A stretch of 42,360 bases of DNA from Paraspadella gotoi (taxonomy: Eukaryota > Animalia > Chaetognatha). Made by a program: the position numbers and the translations under genes. The DNA is taken from assembly GCA_051294375.1 (NCBI GenBank), contig JBJCIZ010000217.1, positions 1-42,360 of the forward strand. Direction: 5' to 3'. Shown here piece after piece: positions 22,701-33,103 of this stretch; within the stretch, counting starts at the first letter, position 1, and each line of letters begins with the position of its first letter. The notes beneath the pieces are model-generated. The model was given only the letters and a program-made list of their open reading frames with translations, ran no database searches and had not been told where the DNA came from.

Positions 22701-25700
22701 TCCCCTCCCCGCTCCTTGTTCCTCTTTCCTGCCTTTCGTTTTTTCCCCCTTCCCCTTTCCTTTTGTTGTCCCCCACCTGCTCTTTTCCTCTTTTCTTTTC
22801 TTTCTTTCCCTGTTGTCTCTCTCTCTCCCCCCTTTCCTTTCTTTTCCCCCTCCCTTCCTCTGTCCCTTCCTTTCCCGCGTTCTCTCCTCTGCCTTTCCGT
22901 CCTCCCCCTTGTTGGCCCCTCATTTCCCTCTCTTCTCTCTCTTCCCCCCCTTCTTTCTGCCCTCTTCTTCCTTCTGTCCCCCGGCTGCTGCCGCTCGCCC
23001 TTGGTGGCCCGCCCTGTCCGTCTTTCCCCCTCCTTTCGTTGTCCCCCTTCCCCCTCTTTGCCTTTCTCTCTCTCCTCACCTCCCGGCCCGCCCGGTTTTC
23101 GCGCTCCTCTCCTTCCATCCTCCTCCTTTTTCTTTCTTTTTCCCTTTGCTCCTTTTTTTCCCTTTTTGTTTGCCTCTCCTCGCCTCGTCTCCCTCGATCG
23201 CTCCCGGGCCTCTTGGCCCCGCGCCTTTTTCCTTTTTGATCTTACCGCCCGTTTTTCCCTGTGGTTTCCCCCTTCGCGGGCCCGCTGGTCTTTTCTTCTC
23301 TTGGTCTTTCCTCCTCCGCGCTGACTTGCGGGGCGGGGCGGCCCGGCCGGCCCGCCCCCTCGTTTTGTTTGTGCCTCTCTCGTTTCGCTCCCGTGGTTGG
23401 CTTTCGCTTCTTTTCATCCCGTCCTTTGGCACCCGGTTTGCGCGTTTTCTTTTTTCTCCCCCCTTTGGCCGCCGCGGCCCGGCGCTCCCCTGTTTTATTT
23501 CCGTCCCCCCGCGGTGTGCCCCTTCCTTCATTTCCTTTCGCGGTTCCCCCTCTCCCCCGTGCGTTCATCCCCTCCTCCCCCTCCCCGCCCCGGCGCGCGG
23601 TTCCACCCGTTGCCCGTTCTCGCGGCCCCCGCCTTTCTCTCTCTCCCTCTTTGCTCCGTTCCCCATCCGCCGGCTCGCCCCTTGTTCCCCCTTTTCCCCC
23701 ATTTCTTCGCGCCTGCCATCCGTTGTCCTTTCCTTATTCTTTGGGCGTCTCGGCTACGCGCTGTCGTCCGCCGGTGCCTCTCCGCGAGGCCGGCGGTACG
23801 CCCTTTCCTTCGCGCGCGGGCCGCCCGCGACGCCTCGGGCCGCCCTCTCGCCGCCACCCCCCCGCGTCCCCCCCGTTTCTATCTATTGTTAACTCCCTCC
23901 TCCTTCGCGTTCCCCGTTTCCCCGTTTTTTGCCTTCCCCCTTTCCCTGCCGGCTCTGCCTCAGATTTGCTCTTTCTTTTTGCGTTTGCTCCTTTGGCCCC
24001 GGCCCGCCTGCCTTCGCTTTTGCCTTCCCTTCCCTTTTTCTGGCTCCTGCCTCCTTTGCTTGGTCTTTGTTCCGTTCCCCGTCCCCCCCCGCCCCCTTGT
24101 TGTCGCTCGCTTGCTGCCCCTGTCTTTTCTCCCTCTTCCCCTGATCCCTCTCCCCTGTTTCCCTTGCTTCATCCCCCGTTTCTTCTTGTGCTCCGAACTC
24201 GGCGGTCCTTTTTCGTTCCTTCGGGGTCTATCCCTGCCCCCCCCCCGACGACTTGCCCCTGGGGCTTAAGTTTTTCTCCTACCTCCCCTTTCCCCCCTTT
24301 CTCTCGCTGGCGCCCTCTTTTGCCCCCGACCCGCCCTTGGTGTTATCATTTGTCTGGCACCTCTTCTTTTCCCCTCCCACGCCTTTTCCTGACGGCTACT
24401 TCCTTCTCTAACTTTCTCCTCCCTTTTCCCGTTAGCCCCGCTTTCGCGGCCTAGCCCTTGGGCCCGGGTTCCTTGCCTGCCGTATCCTGCTCACCCCTTT
24501 TCGTGTTTCTTTCCTGCCCTCTTTTCCCCGCCTCCACCGTCCTGCTTCTCGTCTCCGTCTGTCCGGCTTCTCGTCCGCCTTCTGCCCCTGCTTCTGCCCT
24601 TGTTCTTTTTTTCCCTTTCCCCGTGTCTTCCCTACCCCCCCTTCTTTCCCGCCTGCTCTGTGCGGCTGCTCTTGGTCCGCCTTTCGTCCCTCCCGCTGGC
24701 CTTTTTCCCCTGCGCGTTTTTTTTTACCCTTTCTTTTCGCGCCCTCCTCCTCCCTCTTGGTTCTCTTCCTTTTCCCCTTGCTTCCCTTCTTTTGCGTCCT
24801 CCGCGCCCCCGTTTCCGCGTGTCCCCCTCTTGACCCCCCGTCCCTCTCCCCTTTCTGGCGGCCTTTCCTTCTCCTCCCTCCCTGCCCCCACCCCTAGCTC
24901 TCCGTGCGTTGCTCTCGCCTGGCGTTTCCTGCCACCTTTCTTCCCCCTGCCCCACCATTGCCTCCTTCTTCCTCTTCCTCCCCCTCCCTCCGTCTCTCTT
25001 CCGCGGTCGGCGCCTGCGCTTTTTGTGCTCCTCTCCTGGCGCCGGCTTGGCCCTTTCCTCTTCCAGCCGCCTCTCGTCATCCGGCTCGCACCCTTCCGGC
25101 AGCCCGTCTCACCCCTTATCCTGCGTCACTCACACCCCACTTTCCCGGGTTCTCTCCTTCTTTGTTTTGCGGCTCACGTATCCCGCTTCTTCTTTTTGCT
25201 TCGCCCTTTCGCTTTCCCCTTCTTTTCTTTGCCTTGCGGACTGTGCCGCTGCCCTCCACGCGTCTGGGATCTTGCCGTGTCCCGCCTCGCATTCGCTCGC
25301 GCCAGCCCCCCGTGCTCCCTTCTGCTCGCTTGTCGCCCTTTTGCTGGCTCCAGGGCCGACCATATACTGCGCCGCTCGTCGCCCTCGCTCTGCCCGTTTT
25401 CCCCACCGGTCTTTCTCTCTTCCTTTCGGCCCTTTCCACTTGCTCTTTTCTCTCTTTTATTTTTTTTTTTATCTTCTCCAACCGTCTTGCCATACTCCTC
25501 CCGTCCCCGTGCCCTGGCACCTCCCGCTGTCTTAGCCATTGTCCCTCCCACCGCCCTCCCGTTTCACCGCCTGGCCCCCACCGTCCCCCTCCCTGCTCAC
25601 CTCCTTCCGCTTGCCCCTTCCCTCCACCCCCGCCTCCTCCGTTCCCTCTTCCCCTGTTCTGCCTTTCCTCTCCCCTCTCACCCTCCCGTTCCCGCCGTCC

Positions 25701-25780
25701 CGCTCCCCTGTCCACCTCCTCCCCGGACCCTCCCCACCGCCACTGTCCCCCTGTCGCGCGCAGCACTCGTTTTTCTTTTT
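19745..25780. other. Sequencing artefact: A-to-C miscalled fold-back read (reverse complement of ~2338-228, adapter, then forward ~228-4110)
   Basis: Almost no A on + strand; e.g. gttttgtttgtgcctctctcgtttcgctcccgtgg (~23362) = gttttgtttgtgcctctctagtttcgatcacgtgg (1685); cctgctggcgaggcgggcggttgtcccttcttgccgcttt (~21401) = reverse complement of ~642-681. Confidence 0.95.
21892..21947 (+). other. PacBio SMRTbell adapter remnant with A read as C
   Basis: ctctctctctcccccccccactcggcggcgggcgccccgcgcgcgt matches ATCTCTCTCAACAACAACAACGGAGGAGGAGGAAAAGAGAGAGAT after A-to-C conversion and lies exactly at the strand turnaround. Confidence 0.88.
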
Positions 25781-25799
25781 CCTTTAATCCTTTTTTACT

Positions 25800-27470
25800 T
25801 TTTTGATCCTTGTACAATCAAACACAAATAATTAACAAGAACAAAAAAAACTGTTCACTGGGGGAAGTGAACAATCTGTGAGAGAGGGCTTTGATTAAAA
25901 GCTGTGTAGAAACCTGTTAATTTATTAATCTTGGAAAGTGTTGTGAGGCCTTAAACACCAAGCTTCCAAGTCAGACAAGATCAGCTTATTTATTAAAGGA
26001 GGATTTTTTATATTGGTTGGTACAATATTCAAATAAAGATTCAGTTCCTTGTATTTGCGATGCTAGTGCGGAGTACATATATGGTATTCCCCGATCTAAT
26101 ACTTAAGGGAGTGGTCTTTTTCATACAATTGAAACATTCTTTGAAAAATATTATACACTCATTGATAGGTGAAGCCAGGTTCACTGGGGAGTTCGAATAA
26201 ACAATTCCTGTTGGAGAGAGGCTTTGATTAATAAGGCTGGCACAAAACCTGTTATGTTATTATCTTGCAAGTGTGGATGGGCAGGCCTTAAAACACCAAA
26301 AGCCTGGGTCCAAATCAGGGAAGAGATAGCTTTTTTATTCAATGGATGGAATAATTTTTATATTGGTTGTACCCAATTTCCATAAAAAGCAATTAATAAA
26401 ACATGAAGAGCAAAAAAAATAACTAAAACATTATAAAGTCGTTTTAATATTTCAAGGTTTATTTTAGAAAGTCCACTTATGCATGGTGTATAACATACCC
26501 CCAAAATAATATATATAAAGTGTTAAAGTAAATGGGAGAGGGAGCCACATTGCTATGAAATAGAAATATCAAACTAATATTTTTTTTTTTTTTTTTTAAT
26601 ACAAACAGTAATTCTCTCTCTCTTTTCTTTAACTCCAAATTAATTCCAATTCACGAATGTTCAAGTGCTGATGAAGGCTGAAATGTGAAGCCGAAACAGT
26701 TGGCTTTTACAAATAAATCGTTATTTAAAAACTTCTAAACTTTGAAATAGCTTTAAATTTTTCATATTATTTGGATCAAGTAGTTTTCGTTTGATATTTT
26801 TACTTCATTTATGATGTATGCATTGCATGAGATTATCGTACTCATTATAATATCTCAAATAGTTATTAGAAATACCTTTAAATCTAATTTACATATTGCA
26901 GTAAAATAATTTGAAGATAAAATTTCAAAAACACAATTTTCTTGAATAACTAAAACGATGTTGAAATCACAAGAACCTTTTAATGAGGAAGCTTATATAC
27001 TTAATTTAATACAAATAAAATACAGAAATCTTTTACTAGCTATGATTAGGATAAAAATTGTAACATTTTTGCCTTTATTTTATTTCTTCACACACTCTCA
27101 TATATATTTATTTTTTTTTTTTTAGTCAGGCGCTGGCTTTTTCTGAATCGTTTAAAAACGAGTTCATGTCTCGTTCTCTCCTCTCTCTCCCGTCCGTCTC
27201 TCCGTCTCTCTCTCTTGCGTGACCGTTCCGGGTTTTTTTGAAAAAAATTATGAGTATTAGGCATAGGCGGAAATTTCCTTTATGTTCGTTGTGTTGGGAT
27301 TAGTGAGAAAATAAGTTTGAATTTATTTGCAACATATGATATTATTAGTACATAAGGACGTACAGTTTTCGGCTTTAGTTACAAGCCTTTCTTCAACGTC
27401 TAGAAAAATTGTTTGTAGAATTCACAAATCATGTTTGCAAAGCAAATAAGCAGAGAGAGAGAGAGAGAGA
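25800..27470 (+). repeat. Error-rich third copy of ~4110-5620 / 17930-19540, including degraded hammerheads at ~26663-26705 (+) and 27357-27400 (-)
   Basis: Collinear with many indels; continues the preceding read once base-calling recovers. Confidence 0.9.
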
Positions 27471-28460
27471 CCCCAGCGAGGGGAGGGGGGTGAGGGGTGG
27501 CGCCAGGAGAATAGGTTAGTCTAGGAGGAAGAGGGCGGCGTCCCACCACACGCGTCGCAGGGCCCACCAACACCGGACACCACGATCAGGGGTGCACACA
27601 CACCCCACCCACAGCACAGCAGGCACACACCAACAAAACAAAGGGGTGCGTAGGAAGGGCTGGGGGGGCTAAGGCAAAGTTTCAACACAGAGTTGAGAAA
27701 AAGAATAGTGGTGCAGATTGACGGACAAGGTAGGTGAAGACGATGAGTTAGATGTGAACAGAAATTATGGTGAAATTTTTGAGAAGAGGAGAAAGACAGA
27801 GAGAGCAGAGAGAAGAGAGAGAGAAAGAACAAAGGAACATTAAGTAACAATACATTGTTGATGTACAACAGAGATAAATGATTTAAGACTAATGCGAGTG
27901 AAATAAACAATTTTAACATTAACTACTAATAAGATAATTGATATAAAACTGAAATTGAAATGTGAAAGGAAAGAGAGAATTAAGTTTGGAAGATATTAAT
28001 GGTGTAGAAGTGAAATTAAAGAATTCAAGAAAGAGCTCAAAATGAGCCTGGGCCCCCCTTTGGTTGAAGCATGAAGAGGTAGTGACCGATGTGGTCGAGT
28101 TTCCTTTTTTCTTTTCTCTCCTCTCTTCTCGTCTCCTCTCTCTCTGGTCTCTCTCTCTCTCTCAAAATTTCCACCACTTATAAATTTCTTTTTCACAGTC
28201 TAACTCACATCTGGTCTTTCACCTATTGCTGTCCTGCACATCGACAACTATTCTTTTTCTCAACTCTGTGTTGGAACTTTTTGCCCTCGTCTCTGTTCTC
28301 TCTCTCTCATTTACTTTTCTTTTGGCACAAATACATTTGGGGAAGTTCCACAAACAATTTTCTATGAGCTGGAAGAGGCTTGTAATCTAAGCCGAGACAT
28401 GTCCGTCTTATTAAACTAATAATAGTTGTTGTTGCAAATAAATTCAACTTATTGTCTACT
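27260..28460. mobile_element. PLE family C insertion: long minus-strand pLTR (27260-28098) abutting a short plus-strand pLTR (28099-28460)
   Basis: 28099-28450 is the reverse complement of ~27315-27835; degraded + hammerhead at ~28369-28407; gagctcaaaatgagc ORF-end hairpin at 28033. Confidence 0.75.
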
Positions 28461-29559
28461 GAAAATTATGAATAGATTTTTTTTGTTTTCTTTTAAAAAG
28501 CATTTATGTATATCCCCCCGACATTTATTCCGCAGCTTTTTTCTCATACAAAATCCCAAAATAAATACACTTATTGGACATAGGGATCTGTCGGTGCAAT
28601 TAGGGGCGTTGAAAAGATAACGAAATATAACAAAATCAGTGACGGTAATACTATTTTTAGTGTAATAAAAGTCTGAGAATTCGATGATGATAACCTTTTT
28701 TTGTAATAGTCTCATCTTCTCGTCGAAATGGCGATTTTGCAGCATATAAGGTGCTAATAAAACTGGCGCAAGACATTGTAGAGTAATAAGAAACGTCAAA
28801 TTATAAGATTTTATAAAAGCCATATTTAATTACATATATGAATATAAAGACCCATAAATATTTGGTAAGTTTATTTACAAATTTTAAATTTTTATTAATA
28901 GTTTGTTAGCTATATTTATTAATCAATAATAATAAAAATAAGCAAAAGTGAAAATAAAAAATTTAAACTTTTTAAAAAGCCAATTTGATTCCTTACAAAA
29001 GTTGATAATACGAGAAATATAATCCCTTTTAAAACATTCTGTTTTCATTAAGTTAGGTTAGAAAATATTAACACACTATTATTTTTGTTTAATTTCAATT
29101 TTGGGCTTAAAATTATAGTTTTTCTGAATTTGACCAACTCTAATGACATAATTTTGATATAAAAATTATATTTCTTATTAACTTTTTGCCAAAGGAAATG
29201 CAAATTCCATGAAAAAATTTTGAAAATTATTATTTTTTAACTTTAGCCCAATTTTTACTCATAATTTATTAATAATCATATAGTTAACTAACTTTTTATA
29301 AAACAATAAAATTTAGAATATAAACTTCCAAAATATTTTTATTAATCTTTTTTTTTATATTTCAAAAGCTATATATATAGAATTTTATAAAATTTTACTA
29401 ATTTGAATATTATCATAACTTATAATGGTTTTAATAATTTATATACATTAAAAACCCTGTATTTTCGACACGAAAAGAATAAATCAATACAGAAAAAATG
29501 GTCATCACCATCGATCTACAGACTCATTCACTAGAAATAGCTGTACCTCACTTATTTGT

Positions 29560-29584
29560 NNNNNNNNNNNNNNNNNNNNNNNNN
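29560..29584. other. Assembly gap (25 N)
   Basis: 25 Ns. Confidence 0.98.
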
Positions 29585-29619
29585 TTGATTTGTTATATTT
29601 TGTTATTTTTCAACGCTCT

Positions 29620-29800
29620 AGTGGCCATTGCGGGACAGCTACTCTCTCTCTCTCTCTTATTTGATTTCTTTGTTTCATATCAATTCAAGTATTTTTTGGT
29701 TGAATTTCCACGTCATTATGATTTACTGCATTATGCAAATTAGATTATAGTACTTTTTAATTAATACTATTCATTGGCGAGATCCTTATAGATTTTTTTT
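29620..29800 (+). mobile_element. 3' part of HINE-like family A element
   Basis: cagct(ct)n...gatttactgcattatgcaaattagattatagtact...ttggcgagatcctta; matches 32960-33083 and 35584-35648. Confidence 0.65.
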
Positions 29801-29887
29801 AGGGTTAGTGTCTTATTTCTACGTTTTGAAAACGACAAAAATAATTTTTTTGCAAAAAAGTATTAGTAATATTAGGGGATATTATGG

Positions 29888-30105
29888 TATGGTGGACTAA
29901 AAATCCACCAACCGTTCATCAGCGGCCATTGGTGCCGGAGGCAAGTCATTCGCCTCCCAACCCAAAGGTCCGGGGTTCTATCCCGGTGGTCGTCTGGCAG
30001 TTAAGAGGGACGGGGCGCTTAACCCGCCTGTAACATGGTGTTACAGCCTGATCCGAAGCTCAGGGACTGCTTATATTGAACGGTTCTGTCACTAACACAT
30101 AACAA
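29888..30105. mobile_element. ~218-bp repeat with tRNA-derived head, 9-bp subterminal IRs and terminal hairpin (copy 1)
   Basis: Hairpin ggtgga/tccacc 29891-29909; AACCGTTCA 29910-29918 / TGAACGGTT 30077-30085; tRNA-like 29922-29993. Confidence 0.75.
29922..29993 (+). pseudogene. tRNA-Gly(CCC)-like degenerate sequence inside repeat
   Basis: 72 nt; acceptor gcggcca/tggtcgt; ttcgcCTCCCAA loop; T-arm ccggg/cccgg with B-box-like GGTTCTATCCC; anticodon stem does not pair. Confidence 0.6.
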
Positions 30106-30500
30106 ATATCACTGTCTCTTCAATGGGATATTTTACAGATTAGATAGTACACATGGTTAATTTGTTATAACATAAGTCTTTCTTTAATAAGGAAATATAT
30201 TGGATAGGATAGGATATATTGGTTGCACCAATTTCATATACATACTACACTCACCACTTCATTGACTGTGAGAGACTGAGAGTGTCTTGATTGAAAGCTT
30301 GCAGGCACCTTCTATGTCTCTATCTTGTAAAAGTGATGGAGGCCATAAACTATGATGGCCTGTCCAAAGTCATGGGCAAAATAGCTTATTTATTAATTTA
30401 TTAAATCAGTGGATAATTTTTATACTGGTTGTATCAATTTTAGATAGTTTATAGACCTTAGGCAAGGCCGCTAGGGGTGAGGGGTATAGGGAGTTAGGGG

Positions 30501-30716
30501 TATGGTGAACTAAAATCCACCAACCGTTCATCAGCGGCCATTGGTGCTGGAGGCAAGTCATTTGCCTCCCAACCCAAAGGTCCGGGGTTCTAGCCCGGTG
30601 GTCGCCTATCAGTTAAGAGGGATGGGGCGCTTAACCCGCCTGTAACAGTGTTACAGCCTGATCCGAAGCTCAGGGACTGCTTATATTGAACGGTTTTGTC
30701 ATTAACTCATAACAAT
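30501..30716. mobile_element. tRNA-carrying repeat (copy 2; tRNA-like 30534-30605)
   Basis: Same structure as copy 1 with point substitutions and different flanks. Confidence 0.75.
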
Positions 30717-31060
30717 TATTACTATCTCTTCTAAGAAAGGGGTTTTCGGTAGGGTGTAAGTAAATGATACTTACATAGTAACAACGCAGAGAATGGATTA
30801 TCAAGTGGCTTGTCTCTCCTGGCTTCTCTGTCGTTTCTTCTGATTGACCAATCAGAGAGGAGGCTTCCCTCAGGAAAGCGACGGCAGAGAAACGAGAGAG
30901 GGAACTCGATCACTCTTCAACTTACCTTCAAGAAACAAACATCAAACTCCTTATGGACTTTTTGTTATATTGTTCATTGCCTGCCTTTTCTCTGCATAAT
31001 CTACTTCCTTCGTTGGTAACAAAAACAATTAATATATTACCAATTAAATTTCTTTCTCAG

Positions 31061-31253
31061 CGGCGCCGCCAACGACGAATCAGCGTTGCTCACCATCTCC
31101 GCGAGCAGCGACGGCGCTGCCAGCATCCGAGTTTCGACGCCACATCTGAAAAACTTTGATTACCGAATCAAGAAAGAAAATTCTAAGGATGTGAACTGCT
31201 TTGGGATTCTGGAAGGAGAGGATGAGAGTCTTCGCATTGCCAAGATTGTCCAG
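31061..31253 (+). CDS. Candidate internal exon, product unknown
   Basis: tttctttctcAG acceptor; 193-nt open frame GAANDESALLTISASSDGAASIRVSTPHLKNFDYRIKKENSKDVNCFGILEGEDESLRIAKIVQ; cag|GTttgt donor; GC above background. No homologue recognised. Confidence 0.4.
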
Positions 31254-31262
31254 GTTTGTTTT

Positions 31263-31510
31263 ATGGTGGACTAAAATCCACCAACCGTTCAGAAGCGGCC
31301 ATTGGTTCAGAGACATTAAAAATTGTTATGAGTTAGTGTCAATAGTGACAGAACCTTAGCTTCGGGTCAGGCTGTAACACCGAGTTACAGGCGGGTTAAA
31401 CGCTTCGTCCTTCTTAACTGCTATGCGACCACCTTTGGGTTGAAAGGCGAATGACTTGCGTCCTGCACCAATGGCCGCTGAAGAACGAATGGTTGATTTT
31501 AGTCCACAAT
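31263..31510. mobile_element. tRNA-carrying repeat: short fragment (31263-31306) plus diverged inverted copy (31322-31510)
   Basis: ggtggactaaaatccaccaaccgttca..gcggccattggt followed by reverse-complement body lacking the T-arm. Confidence 0.7.
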
Positions 31511-31704
31511 AGTTTGTTTATCTTTATCGTTTTGTCTGTTCGTTTGTCTATTTGTCCGTTCGTTTGGTTTGTTTTTTTTTGGTCTCATTTTGTAAAAAAT
31601 ATTATTTTCTATTTTTAATTTCGGTAAAATTGTAACTTTCTTCAACCCAGAGTTTTGGCGTCTTTTGAAAAACCATTTAAAAATACTTAGTTTTAAAAAC
31701 AAAT

Positions 31705-32265
31705 TAAAAAAATCTTAAAAGCATAAGGATCTCGCCAAGGAATAGTATCAAAGAAAATTAATGAACAAGAACTATAATATAATTTGCATATTGCAGTAAA
31801 TCATAATGAAGTAGAAATTCAAACAAAAAATACTTGAATCGATAAGAAACAAAGAAAGAGATTGAGACAGAGAGAGACAGAGAGAGCTGGACATAATTTC
31901 ATCTTCATTATTATTTACTGAAATATGTAAATTAGATTAAAGCATTTCTATATACTAATTTGGATATTATCATGAGTACTATAATCTTATTCGCCTATTG
32001 CAGTAAATCATAATTAAGTGTTAATTCAAACAAAAAATACTTGAATCCAAATGTAATATGAAAATATCATAGCTATTTCAAGATGAGAAGCTATATCTAA
32101 ATTTTTAACCTACTATGTTTGCACACTTTTATAAAACTTCATCGTAATTCATAATAATTTTTATTTAAAAAAAAAGGTACGTAAGTCCCAGCCAAAACTA
32201 TAAAAGCGTAGTAGTTTTAATATAAAAAAAAAGCATGTCGACGACGACGTCACAAAGAAGCGTCC
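31705..32265 (-). mobile_element. HINE-like family A element, minus strand
   Basis: gcataaggatctcgccaagg 3' end at 31721; (GAC)n at ~32240; diverged mirror of 32296-33083. Confidence 0.7.
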
Positions 32266-32960
32266 CTTTTGCATTATCTCGCCAAGATTCCTTGGCGCTT
32301 CTTTATGACGTAGTCATCATTGTCGTTGGCGTCACACTTTTTTTATATAAAAACTACTATTATTTTATAGTTTTGGCTGGGACTTACCTTTTTTTTTTAA
32401 ATAAATTTTTTTATAAATTATGATAAAGTTTTATAAAAGTGTGTGATTATAGTAAGTTAAAAATTTAGATATAGCTTCTAATCTTAAAATAGTTTTAAAA
32501 TTTTTATATTACATTTGGATTTACATATTTTTTGTTTAAATTTACATTTCATTATGATTTAATGCAATATGCAAATGAGATTATAGTACTCATTATAATA
32601 TTTAAATAAGTATATAGAAATGCTTTAATGTAATTTACATATTGCAGTAAATAATATTGAAAATAATTTTTTTTAAAATCTTTAAATCAATAAAAAAAAC
32701 TTGTAAAATCAAAAGACATTTTTAATAAGAGGCTATATCTTAATTTTATTACAAATAAAAATAAAATCTTTTACAAGCTATGATTGGAAAAAATTATAAC
32801 AATTTCTATTTGTAAACAATTGTAACATTTTTTTGCCTTTTTTTTTTAAATTATATAAATATTTTTTTTCCTATTTTTGACAAGCGCTGCCTTTTCTGAA
32901 CAGTTTAAAAACGAGTTCAGGCTCTGCAGTGACTGTACAGCAGCTTTCCAGCGGCTGTCC

Positions 32961-33005
<45 letters not shown>

Positions 33006-33103
33006 TTTCATATCAAGTTTTTTTTTTGAATTTCCACTTAATTATGATTTACTGCAATATGCAAATTAGATTATAGTACTTTTTTATTGTGTATATACTA
33101 ATA

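Noticed and set aside
19745-25780. Horizontally acquired GC-rich island, viral insert or editing-driven hypermutation
   Set aside because: Read-strand-specific loss of A on both passes, adapter at the turn and in-register recovery indicate a technical origin.
19632-25831. Long Pro/Leu/Ser/Arg-rich ORFs (1406, 672, 524, 457, 431 aa, etc.) on both strands
   Set aside because: Produced by A-to-C miscalling that erases stop codons; sequence decodes to the neighbouring non-coding DNA.
27471-27672. ~200-bp T-poor, G/C/A-rich insert and the 132-aa minus ORF over it
   Set aside because: Absent from the equivalent position at ~19538-19550 and lies in a single noisy read; looks like a burst of spurious base calls.
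29905-29930. Minus-strand CTGATGA next to a hairpin as a further hammerhead
   Set aside because: No GAAA box or stem III in the required position.
29922-29993. Functional tRNA-Gly gene
   Set aside because: Anticodon stem unpaired, B box altered, embedded in a multi-copy repeat.
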